Shown piece after piece: positions 38,852 through 48,195 of a stretch of DNA of 64,000 nucleotides. The stretch is taken from assembly GCA_964584965.1 (NCBI GenBank), contig CAZPBM010000025.1, forward strand, positions 6,081-70,080. Reading direction: 5' to 3'. A model generated the notes under the pieces. The model saw only the letters and a list, made by a program, of their open reading frames with translations, did no database searches and was not told the origin of the DNA. A program made the translations under genes and the position numbers. Position 1 is the first letter of the stretch; each line of letters starts with the position of its first letter. This DNA comes from an uncultured Candidatus Bathyarchaeia archaeon (lineage in GTDB: Archaea > Thermoproteota > Bathyarchaeia > Bathyarchaeales > DTEX01).

Positions 38852-39165
38852 TGGCATCTACACAACAAACTACAGAAAAAACTTGTAACGATCCTAACTG
38901 CCCATTTCACGGATCGCTTAAGACAAGAGGTAGAATTCTAGACGGTGTGGTGACAAGTGCAAAAATGGACAAGTCGGTTATTGTACGTCGAGACTTCGTG
39001 CATTATGTTAAAAAATACAAACGTTATGAAAGAAGACACAGTCACATTCCCGCACATAACCCGCCATGCATTGGAGCCCAAGAAAACGACCGTGTTCGAA
39101 TAGCAGAATGCAAACCAATAAGCAAAACAATTTCATTTGTCGTAATAGAAAAAATAGGACAGTGA
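38845..39165 (+). CDS. rps17: ribosomal protein uS17
   Basis: [34 protein letters not shown] matches. Confidence 0.9.
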   Translation: MVMASTQQTTEKTCNDPNCPFHGSLKTRGRILDGVVTSAKMDKSVIVRRDFVHYVKKYKRYERRHSHIPAHNPPCIGAQENDRVRIAECKPISKTISFVVIEKIGQ

Positions 39166-39172
39166 GAGACCA

Positions 39173-39613
39173 ATGGCAGCTAAGGCAAAAGGAAGAGGTT
39201 TACTGGCAAAGGGAACAGCCGGATACAGACTGAAAATCTCGTCAGGACTTCCAGCTGGCTCATTACTAAAGTGCGCAGACAACTCAGGCGCTAAAATCTT
39301 AAGACTAGTCCAAGTTACAAAATATAAAGGAAGATTGAGACGTGTGCCAGCAGCTGCCGTAGGTGACATGGTCATTGTTTCAGTTAGACGTGGAACTCCA
39401 GATATGAGAAAAAAACTATTCAGAGCGGTAATTGTCAGACAAACAAAACCGTATCGACGACCCGAAGGAAATTGGGTTCAATTCGAAGACAACGCTGCTG
39501 TCATATTGACACCTGAAGGTGAAATGCGAGGTTCTGAAATACGAGGTCCAGTAGCAAGAGAAGCCGCTGAAAGATGGCCTAGAATTGCAAGCGCCTCAAG
39601 TATAATCGTATAG
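39173..39613 (+). CDS. rpl14: ribosomal protein uL14
   Basis: [17 protein letters not shown] matches, and the operon position is right. Confidence 0.9.
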   Translation: MAAKAKGRGLLAKGTAGYRLKISSGLPAGSLLKCADNSGAKILRLVQVTKYKGRLRRVPAAAVGDMVIVSVRRGTPDMRKKLFRAVIVRQTKPYRRPEGNWVQFEDNAAVILTPEGEMRGSEIRGPVAREAAERWPRIASASSIIV

Positions 39614-39630
39614 GATCAAGTGAAGTCGAG

Positions 39631-40101
39631 ATGAAGTTAAAAACCAAAAATCCGGGAAAACAAAGAAAAAGACTTTACAAGATGCCTTATCATAGCAGAG
39701 GCAATATTTTGTCAGCTCACCTTTCCACTGATTTACGAAATACGTATGGTACCCGAGCTTTGCCTGTTAGAAAAAATGATACAATAAGGGTTTTGAGGGG
39801 AGACTATAAAGGTTATGAAGGGAGAATATTACGGGTTGACCGTCAAAGCTATAAAATCTACGTAGACGGTATTACCAGAGAAAAAGCTGACGGAACTTCC
39901 ATACAAGTGCCCCTACACCCTTCAAAGGTTGAAATAATCAAGCTAAACCTTGACGATAAATGGCGAAACAAAATTATTGAACGAAAGAGGCAAAAAGAGG
40001 AAGAAAAACCTGAAGAGAAAAAACTCGAAAAAAGAAAGAACCAGAAGAAAGAAGAAAAGCTCACCAAGCCCGTAGAAGAAAAAGTGGAGGAAGAAAAATA
40101 A
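39631..40101 (+). CDS. rpl24: ribosomal protein uL24 (K/E-rich C-terminal extension)
   Basis: It has the KOW region VRKNDTIRVLRGDYKGYEGRILRVD. The last ~45 aa are K/E-rich. Confidence 0.9.
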   Translation: MKLKTKNPGKQRKRLYKMPYHSRGNILSAHLSTDLRNTYGTRALPVRKNDTIRVLRGDYKGYEGRILRVDRQSYKIYVDGITREKADGTSIQVPLHPSKVEIIKLNLDDKWRNKIIERKRQKEEEKPEEKKLEKRKNQKKEEKLTKPVEEKVEEEK

Positions 40102-40102
40102 C

Positions 40103-40867
40103 ATGGGAAAAAAAGGCGGCAAAGGCCACTTAAAAAGAGAGGCATCTCCAGGATTTTGGCCAATTCATAGAAAAGAGTATGTGTGGACCATTAAGCCTTT
40201 ACCTGGTCCACATCCAATACATCAATGCTTGCCATTGGTCTTAATACTCCGCGAGATTCTTGGTCTGGCTGAAACTAGAAGAGAAGCAAAGAAAATTGTT
40301 TCTCAAGGTAAAATTTTAATTGACGGAAAAATTATTCGCGACGAACGATTCCCCGTCGGTTTGATGGATGTAATTACGATTCCTGAAACTAGTCAAAACT
40401 ATCGAGTAGTACCTTCTGAAAAAGGTTTACTTCTTCATCCAATAAGTGAAGATGAGGCAAAATTTAAGATATGCAGAATTGAGAACAAAAAAACTTTAGA
40501 AAAAGGAAATATCGAGCTGAACCTTCACGATGGAAGAAACCTATTAGTTCCCGTCGAAGATCCACAGAGACCAACCGAAGATGTCTACAATACTCTTGAC
40601 ACTTTAAAAATTAGCGTTCCAGAACAGGAAATTATTGAACATCTGAAACTTGACAAAGAGGCTCTGGTGGTTTTTGCTGATGGAAATAACATTGGCAAGT
40701 ATGGAATCGTCACATCAATCGTGGAGCAGACAGGGCAAAAACGTAGAAACTTTCTAATTACAATACAGGATGAGGTAGGAGAAACCTATCAAACAGTTCT
40801 TAACTACGCCTTCGTCGTAGGAGATAAGAAACCAAGAATATCTTTACCAAACAAGGAGGGCCCTTAA
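40103..40867 (+). CDS. rps4e: ribosomal protein eS4
   Basis: GKKGGKGHLKREASPGFWPIHRKEYVW matches. Confidence 0.9.
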   Translation: MGKKGGKGHLKREASPGFWPIHRKEYVWTIKPLPGPHPIHQCLPLVLILREILGLAETRREAKKIVSQGKILIDGKIIRDERFPVGLMDVITIPETSQNYRVVPSEKGLLLHPISEDEAKFKICRIENKKTLEKGNIELNLHDGRNLLVPVEDPQRPTEDVYNTLDTLKISVPEQEIIEHLKLDKEALVVFADGNNIGKYGIVTSIVEQTGQKRRNFLITIQDEVGETYQTVLNYAFVVGDKKPRISLPNKEGP

Positions 40868-40868
40868 A

Positions 40869-41408
40869 ATGGAATCACCCGGACACAAGGAAAACTTAAA
40901 TAAAAACCCCATGTTGGCACCTAGAATCGCCAAAGTAGTTGTGAACTCATCAATTGGCAAGTCAGGTGAACCTCTCGAGAAGGCTATAAAAATTGTCGAA
41001 GAATTAACTGGACAAAAACCATGCACCAAAAAAGCTAAAAAAACCTTGAGGGAATTTGGAATAAGGAAAAAGGAACCTATTGCTTGTGTAGTAACGTTAC
41101 GTGGTAAAAAAGCGTACGAATTTCTGGCTAAAAGTTTGCGGGCGGTTGACAACAAAATTTCTAGACAATCTTTTGACAAACAAGGAAACTTCTCTTTTGG
41201 AATTAAAGAACACATTGACATTCCTGGAACCAAATATTCGCCTGACTCGGGCATTATCGGGATGGATGTCTCAGTAACCTTAGAAAGACCTGGCTACAGA
41301 GTTAAACATAGGCACCATGCAAACTCCAAAATTGGTTCGCAGCATTTATTAACCGCCGATGAAGTGGTATCCTTCTTAAAAGACACGTTAGGTGTTGAAA
41401 TTACCTAG
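40869..41408 (+). CDS. rpl5: ribosomal protein uL5
   Basis: [13 protein letters not shown]...[13 protein letters not shown] matches. Confidence 0.9.
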   Translation: MESPGHKENLNKNPMLAPRIAKVVVNSSIGKSGEPLEKAIKIVEELTGQKPCTKKAKKTLREFGIRKKEPIACVVTLRGKKAYEFLAKSLRAVDNKISRQSFDKQGNFSFGIKEHIDIPGTKYSPDSGIIGMDVSVTLERPGYRVKHRHHANSKIGSQHLLTADEVVSFLKDTLGVEIT

Positions 41409-41419
41409 GGGCATCTAAA

Positions 41420-41584
41420 ATGAGCGCACAAACTCCCAGAAAAGAACGAAAGATTGGCAAAGGAAGTAGACCATGTCGAAGGTGCGGATCCTACGGACCA
41501 ATTATTAGAAAATATGGTCTTAACCTTTGCAGACACTGTTTCAGAGAGGTTGCTGAAAAATTAGGTTTTAAAAAGTACCAGTAG
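41420..41584 (+). CDS. rps14: ribosomal protein uS14 (zinc-ribbon type)
   Basis: This 54-aa ORF is below the track cutoff: [54 protein letters not shown]. Confidence 0.9.
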   Translation: MSAQTPRKERKIGKGSRPCRRCGSYGPIIRKYGLNLCRHCFREVAEKLGFKKYQ

Positions 41585-41599
41585 GGAAGGGATGCATGA

Positions 41600-41983
41600 T
41601 TGGATACCATTGCTAATGGATTAATAACCATAATGAACAACGAAATTAGAAGAAAGAAAGAGTGTATCATAACTCCTGCTTCGAAACTTTTAGGCAACGT
41701 ACTAAGGGTCATCCAGATGAATGGATATCTTGGAGAGTTCGAGTTCATTGATGATGGACGATCTGGAAAGTTCAGAGTACAACTTCTTGGCAGAATCAAC
41801 AAATGCGGCGCTATTAGGCCAAGATATGCAATAAAAACTAAGGATATCGAAAAATGGGAAAAAGTCTTCCTTCCATCTAGGGAGATAGGCATACTTGCAA
41901 TCTCAACCCATAAAGGCGTTATGTCGCACAAAGAAGCTATACAGAAAAACCTCGGAGGACTTCTTATAGCCTACGTTTATTGA
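41600..41983 (+). CDS. rps8: ribosomal protein uS8
   Basis: [29 protein letters not shown] matches. It uses a TTG start directly after an in-frame stop. Confidence 0.9.
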   Translation: MDTIANGLITIMNNEIRRKKECIITPASKLLGNVLRVIQMNGYLGEFEFIDDGRSGKFRVQLLGRINKCGAIRPRYAIKTKDIEKWEKVFLPSREIGILAISTHKGVMSHKEAIQKNLGGLLIAYVY

Positions 41984-41996
41984 TAGGTGTCTCGGC

Positions 41997-42542
41997 ATGT
42001 CTCGTTTAGAAACCCGAATAGTTCAAATTCCAGAAAAAGTCAAAGTCGTTCTGTATGATAAATCCATTAAGGTCACGGGTGAAAAGGGGGAATTAGTTAG
42101 AGATTTCTCTCAAGTTCCGGTTGCAATTAGAGTTGAGGGAGATAAAATTATAATTTCAGCACTTAGGTCTAGAAGGAAAGAATCCGCTCTTGTTGGAACT
42201 GTAGTTTCTCACATTAATAATATGATTAGGGGAGTGACAAAAGGGTTCACTTACAAACTTAAGATCGTATATTCTCACTTTCCTATGTCTGTGAAGGTCC
42301 AAGGAAACTATGTAACGATTGAAAACTTCATTGGAGAAAGGAATCCACGTAAAGCTCTAATTCTTGGTAATTCGTCGGTATCAGTTAAAGGAGACGATGT
42401 CATAGTCAAAGGCATCAGTATCGAAGACGTTAGCCAAACAGCAGCTAACATCGAACAGGCCACCGTTGTAAGAAAGCGAGATACACGAAAGTTCCTAGAC
42501 GGAATATACATCTACGAAAAGTCGGAGGGTACAGTTGATTGA
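41997..42542 (+). CDS. rpl6: ribosomal protein uL6
   Basis: Operon position and the two-domain L6 pattern (KLKIVYSHFPMSVKVQGNYVTIENFIGER) support the call. Confidence 0.9.
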   Translation: MSRLETRIVQIPEKVKVVLYDKSIKVTGEKGELVRDFSQVPVAIRVEGDKIIISALRSRRKESALVGTVVSHINNMIRGVTKGFTYKLKIVYSHFPMSVKVQGNYVTIENFIGERNPRKALILGNSSVSVKGDDVIVKGISIEDVSQTAANIEQATVVRKRDTRKFLDGIYIYEKSEGTVD

Positions 42543-42976
42543 CAGAGAAACAGCTGAATTTAAAAGCGCTTGTTAAAAAAAGGAAAAAAGAGAAGGCTAA
42601 GAAACCAAAGTTTCGTCGTCAAGAGAGCTGGCGATATGAGCGCCTAAAGGAAAATTGGAGAAAGCCGCGTGGAATAGATAATAAAATGCGTAAAAAAGTC
42701 AAAGGATGGCCATCATCCCCAGGGGCCGGTTATGGTGGACCAAAAAATTCCAAAGGTTTACACCCTTCTGGTCATGTAGAAGTCAGAGTTTTTAACGTAG
42801 ACGACCTCGATAAAGTTAGACCTGATCTTGACGTTGTAAAAATCGCTCATACTGTGGGTGACAGAAAAAGGATTGAAATACTTAATAAAGCTAAAGAAAT
42901 GGGAATTCGCGTATTGAACCCTAGAGAATTCAAAGAACTGAAGGGATCTACAACTGAGAAAATAGAATCCAAGTGA
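42539..42976 (+). CDS. rpl32e: ribosomal protein eL32
   Basis: KPKFRRQESWRYERLKENWRKPRGIDNKMR matches. Confidence 0.9.
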   Translation: MTEKQLNLKALVKKRKKEKAKKPKFRRQESWRYERLKENWRKPRGIDNKMRKKVKGWPSSPGAGYGGPKNSKGLHPSGHVEVRVFNVDDLDKVRPDLDVVKIAHTVGDRKRIEILNKAKEMGIRVLNPREFKELKGSTTEKIESK

Positions 42977-42986
42977 TAAGAACATT

Positions 42987-43460
42987 GTGCATAAGGTGAA
43001 TTATGTTATGAGTCTAAAAAGTCAACGCCGTATGGCTGCTGAAATCCTAAAAATAGGAACGAACAGAGTGTGGATCGATCCTGAGAGAACTAGCGATGTA
43101 GAGTCAGCGATTTCAAGAGAGGAAATAAGGAGGCTTATCAAGGATAAAGCTATAATGAAAGTGCCAGAAAAAGGAATAAGTCGTGCTCGTGCTCGGATAA
43201 TTCATGCTAAGAAAATAACGGGAAAAAGGAGGGGGCAAGGAAGTCGAAGCGGAAAGGAAGGCGCAAGGACTCCTGCTAAAGAGGCTTGGATCAAAAGAGT
43301 TAGAGCTCAAAGAAAGAAGCTACGTGAACTTAGAGACAAACATATAATCAACGATACTGTTTATCGAAATCTATACATTATGACGAAGAGCGGTTCTTTT
43401 CGTTCTGTTGCAGACCTTGACCGGTACATTGAGGCTCACAGTCTAAGGAGGAAAAGGTAA
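42987..43460 (+). CDS. rpl19e: ribosomal protein eL19
   Basis: LKSQRRMAAEILKIGTNRVWIDP matches. Confidence 0.9.
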   Translation: MHKVNYVMSLKSQRRMAAEILKIGTNRVWIDPERTSDVESAISREEIRRLIKDKAIMKVPEKGISRARARIIHAKKITGKRRGQGSRSGKEGARTPAKEAWIKRVRAQRKKLRELRDKHIINDTVYRNLYIMTKSGSFRSVADLDRYIEAHSLRRKR

Positions 43461-44068
43461 TGGGTAAGGGAGCAACATACAATGTTCCGTATCGTAGGCG
43501 GAGAGAAGGAAAAACAAATTACAGTTTAAGGAAGAAACTTGTTTCTTCCGGTCTTCCCAGAATAGTGGCTAGAAAAACTGGGAAGTACATCATTATCCAG
43601 CTTATAGAACCTGACGTAAAAGGCGATAGAGTTATTGTTTCAGCTCACTCAAGTGAATTAAGAAAAAAATACGGCTATCTTGGAAGCTTAAACAGTCTTC
43701 CTTCTTCATATCTTACGGGGCTTCTTTGCGGTTATAAATCCGTCGCCTCTAATATTAAAGAGGCTATTTTAGACATTGGATTGCAGATTCCATCCAAAGG
43801 GGCAAACGTATTTGCTGTTGCTAAAGGCTTTCTGGATGCTGGGGTGCAGGTTCCATTTAATGAAGATGTAGTACCTGATGAAAAAAGAATTATGGGCACT
43901 CACATCGCCGAGTATGCTGAAAAGCTTTCTTCAAACCCAGAAGAATATAAAAGATTTTTCTCATCTTACAATAAAAGAGGGTTAGCTCCAGAAAAGATTC
44001 CAGAAAATTTTATAGCGACAAAAGAAAAAATAGTGTCGAATTTTCAAAAAAAATCCAAGAGAGAGTAA
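43460..44068 (+). CDS. rpl18: ribosomal protein uL18
   Basis: YNVPYRRRREGKTNYSLRKKLV matches. It is the last ribosomal-protein gene before the operon breaks off. Confidence 0.9.
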   Translation: MGKGATYNVPYRRRREGKTNYSLRKKLVSSGLPRIVARKTGKYIIIQLIEPDVKGDRVIVSAHSSELRKKYGYLGSLNSLPSSYLTGLLCGYKSVASNIKEAILDIGLQIPSKGANVFAVAKGFLDAGVQVPFNEDVVPDEKRIMGTHIAEYAEKLSSNPEEYKRFFSSYNKRGLAPEKIPENFIATKEKIVSNFQKKSKRE

Positions 44069-44089
44069 AACAACGAGTTCTAAAATGTT

Positions 44090-45958
44090 TTATGACGATT
44101 TCCTAAATTCTAAGTTAACGTTAATAAGGTCTCCCTCGATTCTATATTTCATTTGGTACCCAGATTTTTTGAAAATATGGATCATTTTGTTGTTACTTGC
44201 CATGACCCAGGCTGTGAATCCTGTTATTCCGTATTTTTGAGCTATCTCAGCGAGATATTGGAAAAGGGTTGTGCCTAAGCCTTGGTTTTGCCAGTCGTCT
44301 CTGACAACTAGGGCTACCTCAGCTATATTGGTGTTTGGAACCCTTGAGTAGCTGCCAATAGCGACGATGCTTTCTTTTCCTTCTTCAATTATTGTTCCAA
44401 CAAGTACCATTTCATCCTTATAATCTACGATAACATATGGCCATACTCGTTTTAAGGGCATAGCTTTTAATGAGCCAAGGTAACGTTTCGTCACCGCATC
44501 TTTTGATAATGAATAGAAAAGATGCTGTTTCAATGTGGCATCAGAAGGCTTAATAGGTCGCAGTAAAACCTTGGAACCATTCCTCAATGTTATCTTTTTT
44601 ACCAAGTTCTCGGGATATTCAATCTCTGGAAATGGCAAAACTTCTTGTGGAACATAGTGATGATTTTTAGCCCATTCTAAGAGTTCATTTCGAAAAATGG
44701 GATGTGCAATGTTAATCAAAGATAGTGCTCGTTCCTTTATTGTTTTTCCTTTCAAAGATGCAACACCATATTCAGTAACAACGTAGTCAACGTCACCTCT
44801 AGTTAATACTATGCCTGCACCCTTTGACAAAAGAGACTTAATACGTGAAACCTTGCCTTTTTTTGCAGTTGATGGAAGAACGGTTATGGCTCTTCCGCCC
44901 TTTGATAAGTTAGCGCCTCTCATGAAATCAGCTTGTCCTCCCAAGCCACTATAGAAACGATATCCTAAAGAATCAGAACAAACTTGTCCTGTAAGGTCTA
45001 TCTCTAAGGCTTGATTTATGGCAACCATTTTTTCATGTTGACTGATGACAACTGGATTATTCACATAATCAGACTCATAAAATTCAACCATGGGATTGTT
45101 GTCGATAAAATCGTAAAGGCGACGGGTTCCCATTGCAAATGAAGCAACGATTTTTCCGCGATTTACCGTCTTTTTCGCACAAGTGACAACACCTTCCTCA
45201 ACTAGATCAACAACCCCCTCTGTCAACAGCTCTGTATGTATTCCGAGATCTTTTTTATCCACTAGAACGTCTAGAACTGAATCTGGAACGCTACCTATAC
45301 CGATTTGAAGTGTGGATTCGTCTTCAATTAAATTTGCCACATGTTTTGCAATTCTACCCGAGACTATATCGTGTTCCGAACGTGTAATTTCCAAGATAGG
45401 TTCATCGTGTTCCACAATCACATCTATATCGTTAACATGAATGAAGCTGTCACCAAGAACACGAGGCATTTCACGGTTCACTTGAGCAATCACAATCTTT
45501 GCCTTCTCTGCTGCTGTTTTTGTGATTTCTACCGAAACTCCCAAACTACAAAATCCGTGTTCGTCTGGAGGGGTAACCTGTATAAGCGCAACATCTATCG
45601 AAACCATGCCATAGGATATAAGCTTCGGGAGCTCCGAAAGAAACATTGGAGTGTAATCAGCTCTTCCCTCAGCAACAGCAGCTCTTGTGTTTATTCCTAC
45701 AAAAAAAGCGTTTAACCGAAACCTATCGGAATAGATAGGTTTGGCGTAAGGCGCAACGCCCAACGTATGTACATGAAGAATTTCGTTATCAGCAAGATGG
45801 CTGGCCTTTTCCACCAATCCGTTAACGAGATATTGTGGTTCACCACAAGCAGAACCTATGAAAATGTGGTCACCAGTCTTAATCTTTCCAAGAGCCTCAG
45901 TTAAACTTATTTTTTTTTCTTCATATGATCTTAACCAATGATTTTGTTTAACATTCAC
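44090..45958 (-). CDS. acetyl-CoA hydrolase/CoA-transferase (Cat/Ach1 family) fused to a C-terminal Pat-type GNAT acetyltransferase
   Basis: The N-terminal ~450 aa (GDHIFIGSACGEPQYLV...SGLGGQADFMRGA) are the CoA-transferase family. The C-terminal ~165 aa (44090-44596), LLRPIKPSD..YLGSL..IVDYKDEMVLVG..AEVALVVRDDWQNQGLGTTLFQYL..NNKMIHIFKKSGY, align motif-for-motif with the GNAT domain of bacterial Pat/PatZ as I recall it. Confidence 0.75.
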   Translation of the reverse strand: MNVKQNHWLRSYEEKKISLTEALGKIKTGDHIFIGSACGEPQYLVNGLVEKASHLADNEILHVHTLGVAPYAKPIYSDRFRLNAFFVGINTRAAVAEGRADYTPMFLSELPKLISYGMVSIDVALIQVTPPDEHGFCSLGVSVEITKTAAEKAKIVIAQVNREMPRVLGDSFIHVNDIDVIVEHDEPILEITRSEHDIVSGRIAKHVANLIEDESTLQIGIGSVPDSVLDVLVDKKDLGIHTELLTEGVVDLVEEGVVTCAKKTVNRGKIVASFAMGTRRLYDFIDNNPMVEFYESDYVNNPVVISQHEKMVAINQALEIDLTGQVCSDSLGYRFYSGLGGQADFMRGANLSKGGRAITVLPSTAKKGKVSRIKSLLSKGAGIVLTRGDVDYVVTEYGVASLKGKTIKERALSLINIAHPIFRNELLEWAKNHHYVPQEVLPFPEIEYPENLVKKITLRNGSKVLLRPIKPSDATLKQHLFYSLSKDAVTKRYLGSLKAMPLKRVWPYVIVDYKDEMVLVGTIIEEGKESIVAIGSYSRVPNTNIAEVALVVRDDWQNQGLGTTLFQYLAEIAQKYGITGFTAWVMASNNKMIHIFKKSGYQMKYRIEGDLINVNLEFRKSS

Positions 45959-46076
45959 TTGACAGCACCATCGAAAGATTATTTTTTATCATTTATATTG
46001 AAATAAGCTACACATAAATATTCGACAATGCTTTCCTAACGCAAAGTTGTAGCACCCAATAGTTTGAGGCAGTAGA

Positions 46077-48182
46077 ATGCTACTAGACACCTTCTTTAGA
46101 CCGAGATCCATTGCAGTTGTTGGCGCAAGCAGAGAGCCAGAGAAAGTAGGCCACAGAATAATAAAAAATCTTATTGAATACGGGTTTAAAGGTCATCTTT
46201 TCCCAATTAACCCGAAAGCAGACGAAATATTGGGTTTGAAATGTTACAACAGCATATTGGATGTGCCTGAGCCGGTTGACCTAGCAGTCATCGTGGTTCC
46301 TGGAAAACTTGTGCCTATGGTTGCTGAGGAATGTGGAAAAAAAGGAGTAAAAGGGATAGTTGTTATTTCAGCTGGATTCAGCGAAACAGGAAGAGAAGGA
46401 ACACGTCTAGAAAGGGAACTTTTAGCAATTTGCAGAAAATACAACATTCGAATGCAAGGTCCAAACTGTCTTGGACTAATAAATACACAAAATCGCATGA
46501 ACGCCACATTTGCTGCAGCTCAGCCTACTGCTGGAAACATTGCCTTTATTTCTCAAAGCGGGGCTCTTGGAAGCACAATCTTGAATTGGGCCCTTCAGAA
46601 CGAGGTTGGCTTCACGAGTTTCATAAGTTTGGGGAATGAGGCAGACTTGACAGCTACAGATTTCCTTGAGTCTCTTGCTGAAGACGAGCAGACAAGAGCT
46701 ATTGGGCTATACATAGAAGGCGTTAAGGATGGGCCTCGTTTTGTTGAAGTATCTAAAAAGATTTCGATGAAAAAACCCGTTATTGTACTAAAGTCTGGAA
46801 CAACCGATGTTGGGATAAGAGCTGTTTCATCTCACACAGGCTCACTTGCTGGTTCTGATGTGGCCTTTTCAGCTGCTTTTAGGAAAGCTGGTGTTATCAG
46901 GGTTGATAAGTTGGAAGAACTTTTTGAATTAGTCTTGGCGTTTGAAAATCAGCCGTTGCCTAGAGATAAAAATGTGTTGATTATCACTAATGGTGGAGGA
47001 CCAGGGATCCTTGTTGCTGACGCCTGTGAAAAAATGGGTCTAAACCTTCCACTTCTTGAACTTAACCTTAGGGAAGAGCTCCGCAACTCATTACCGCCAC
47101 ATGCTAGCTTAAATAATCCTCTAGATGTGTTAGGAGACGCAGACGAGAAACGGTATGAGATGGCCCTTAAAATTGGGCTTAGAAGCCAAAATGTGGACGG
47201 AATAATAGTTGTCTTAACTCCTCAAGCGATGACGCCTTCCGATAAGGTTGCAGAGGTAATTGCTGAAGCCAGAAAGACATCAAACAAGCCAATTGTAACT
47301 GCTTTTATGGGTCTTGACGACGATTCAACTGCTGTAAAGACATTGCTAAAAAACGATATTCCAAACTATCCTTTCCCAGAGTCCACAGCATTTGTTCTTA
47401 AAAAAATGTATGAGTACACCTTAATCCTAAAAAGGTCGAACCAAAAGCCAACGTTCCAAATTCAAGTTGATCATAGAATCATAAAAAACACGTTAGCTGA
47501 GATGAGAAAAGAGGACCGTTTGACTTCTACAATCGAGGAAGCCTTCAAGATTGCAGATTCTTTTGGAATACCTGTCCCCAAAGTTATGGTTGCCCACTCG
47601 TTGAAGGAAGCAGGAGACATGGCGGACTTGATTGGTTATCCCGTGGCCATGAAAGTTGTTTCGCCGGAAATTCTTCATAAAACTGACGTTGGCGGAGTGG
47701 CTCTTAACATTACTTCGCGAGCTGAAGCTGAACGAAATTACGAAAACATATTGAACAAAGTTCACAGTTTTATGCCTCAAGCCAGAATCTTAGGAATCTC
47801 TGTTCAACAAATGGTTCCGCAAGGCAAAGAAGTAATTGTCGGCGCTGTTCGAGATCCACAATTTGGCCCTCTTATGATGTTTGGATTGGGAGGAATATAT
47901 GTCAATTTCCTAAGAGATGTATCATACCGATTGTGTCCTTTAACAAGATCAGAGGCGGAAGAAATGGTAGAGGAAACTAAGGCGTATACACTTCTTAGAG
48001 GCGTAAGAGGCGAACCTCCTTCAGACATCAATTCGGTAGTTAATGTAATTCAGAGGATTTCCCAGATCATGACCGAATTTGACGAAATCGTTGAAATGGA
48101 AATAAATCCACTTTTTGTTTATAACGAAAAAAAAGGGTGCGTTGCAGTAGATATAAAAATGGCAATTAACAAATTGGCTTAG
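46077..48182 (+). CDS. acd: ADP-forming acetyl-CoA synthetase (fused alpha/beta, NDP-forming acyl-CoA synthetase family)
   Basis: It has a CoA-binding N-terminus (RSIAVVGASREPEKVGHRI..FPINPK), a succinyl-CoA-ligase-like flavodoxin domain including SSHTGSLAG, and a C-terminal ATP-grasp domain. Length is 701 aa. Confidence 0.8.
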   Translation: MLLDTFFRPRSIAVVGASREPEKVGHRIIKNLIEYGFKGHLFPINPKADEILGLKCYNSILDVPEPVDLAVIVVPGKLVPMVAEECGKKGVKGIVVISAGFSETGREGTRLERELLAICRKYNIRMQGPNCLGLINTQNRMNATFAAAQPTAGNIAFISQSGALGSTILNWALQNEVGFTSFISLGNEADLTATDFLESLAEDEQTRAIGLYIEGVKDGPRFVEVSKKISMKKPVIVLKSGTTDVGIRAVSSHTGSLAGSDVAFSAAFRKAGVIRVDKLEELFELVLAFENQPLPRDKNVLIITNGGGPGILVADACEKMGLNLPLLELNLREELRNSLPPHASLNNPLDVLGDADEKRYEMALKIGLRSQNVDGIIVVLTPQAMTPSDKVAEVIAEARKTSNKPIVTAFMGLDDDSTAVKTLLKNDIPNYPFPESTAFVLKKMYEYTLILKRSNQKPTFQIQVDHRIIKNTLAEMRKEDRLTSTIEEAFKIADSFGIPVPKVMVAHSLKEAGDMADLIGYPVAMKVVSPEILHKTDVGGVALNITSRAEAERNYENILNKVHSFMPQARILGISVQQMVPQGKEVIVGAVRDPQFGPLMMFGLGGIYVNFLRDVSYRLCPLTRSEAEEMVEETKAYTLLRGVRGEPPSDINSVVNVIQRISQIMTEFDEIVEMEINPLFVYNEKKGCVAVDIKMAINKLA

Positions 48183-48195
48183 GAAGGAGAACAAA

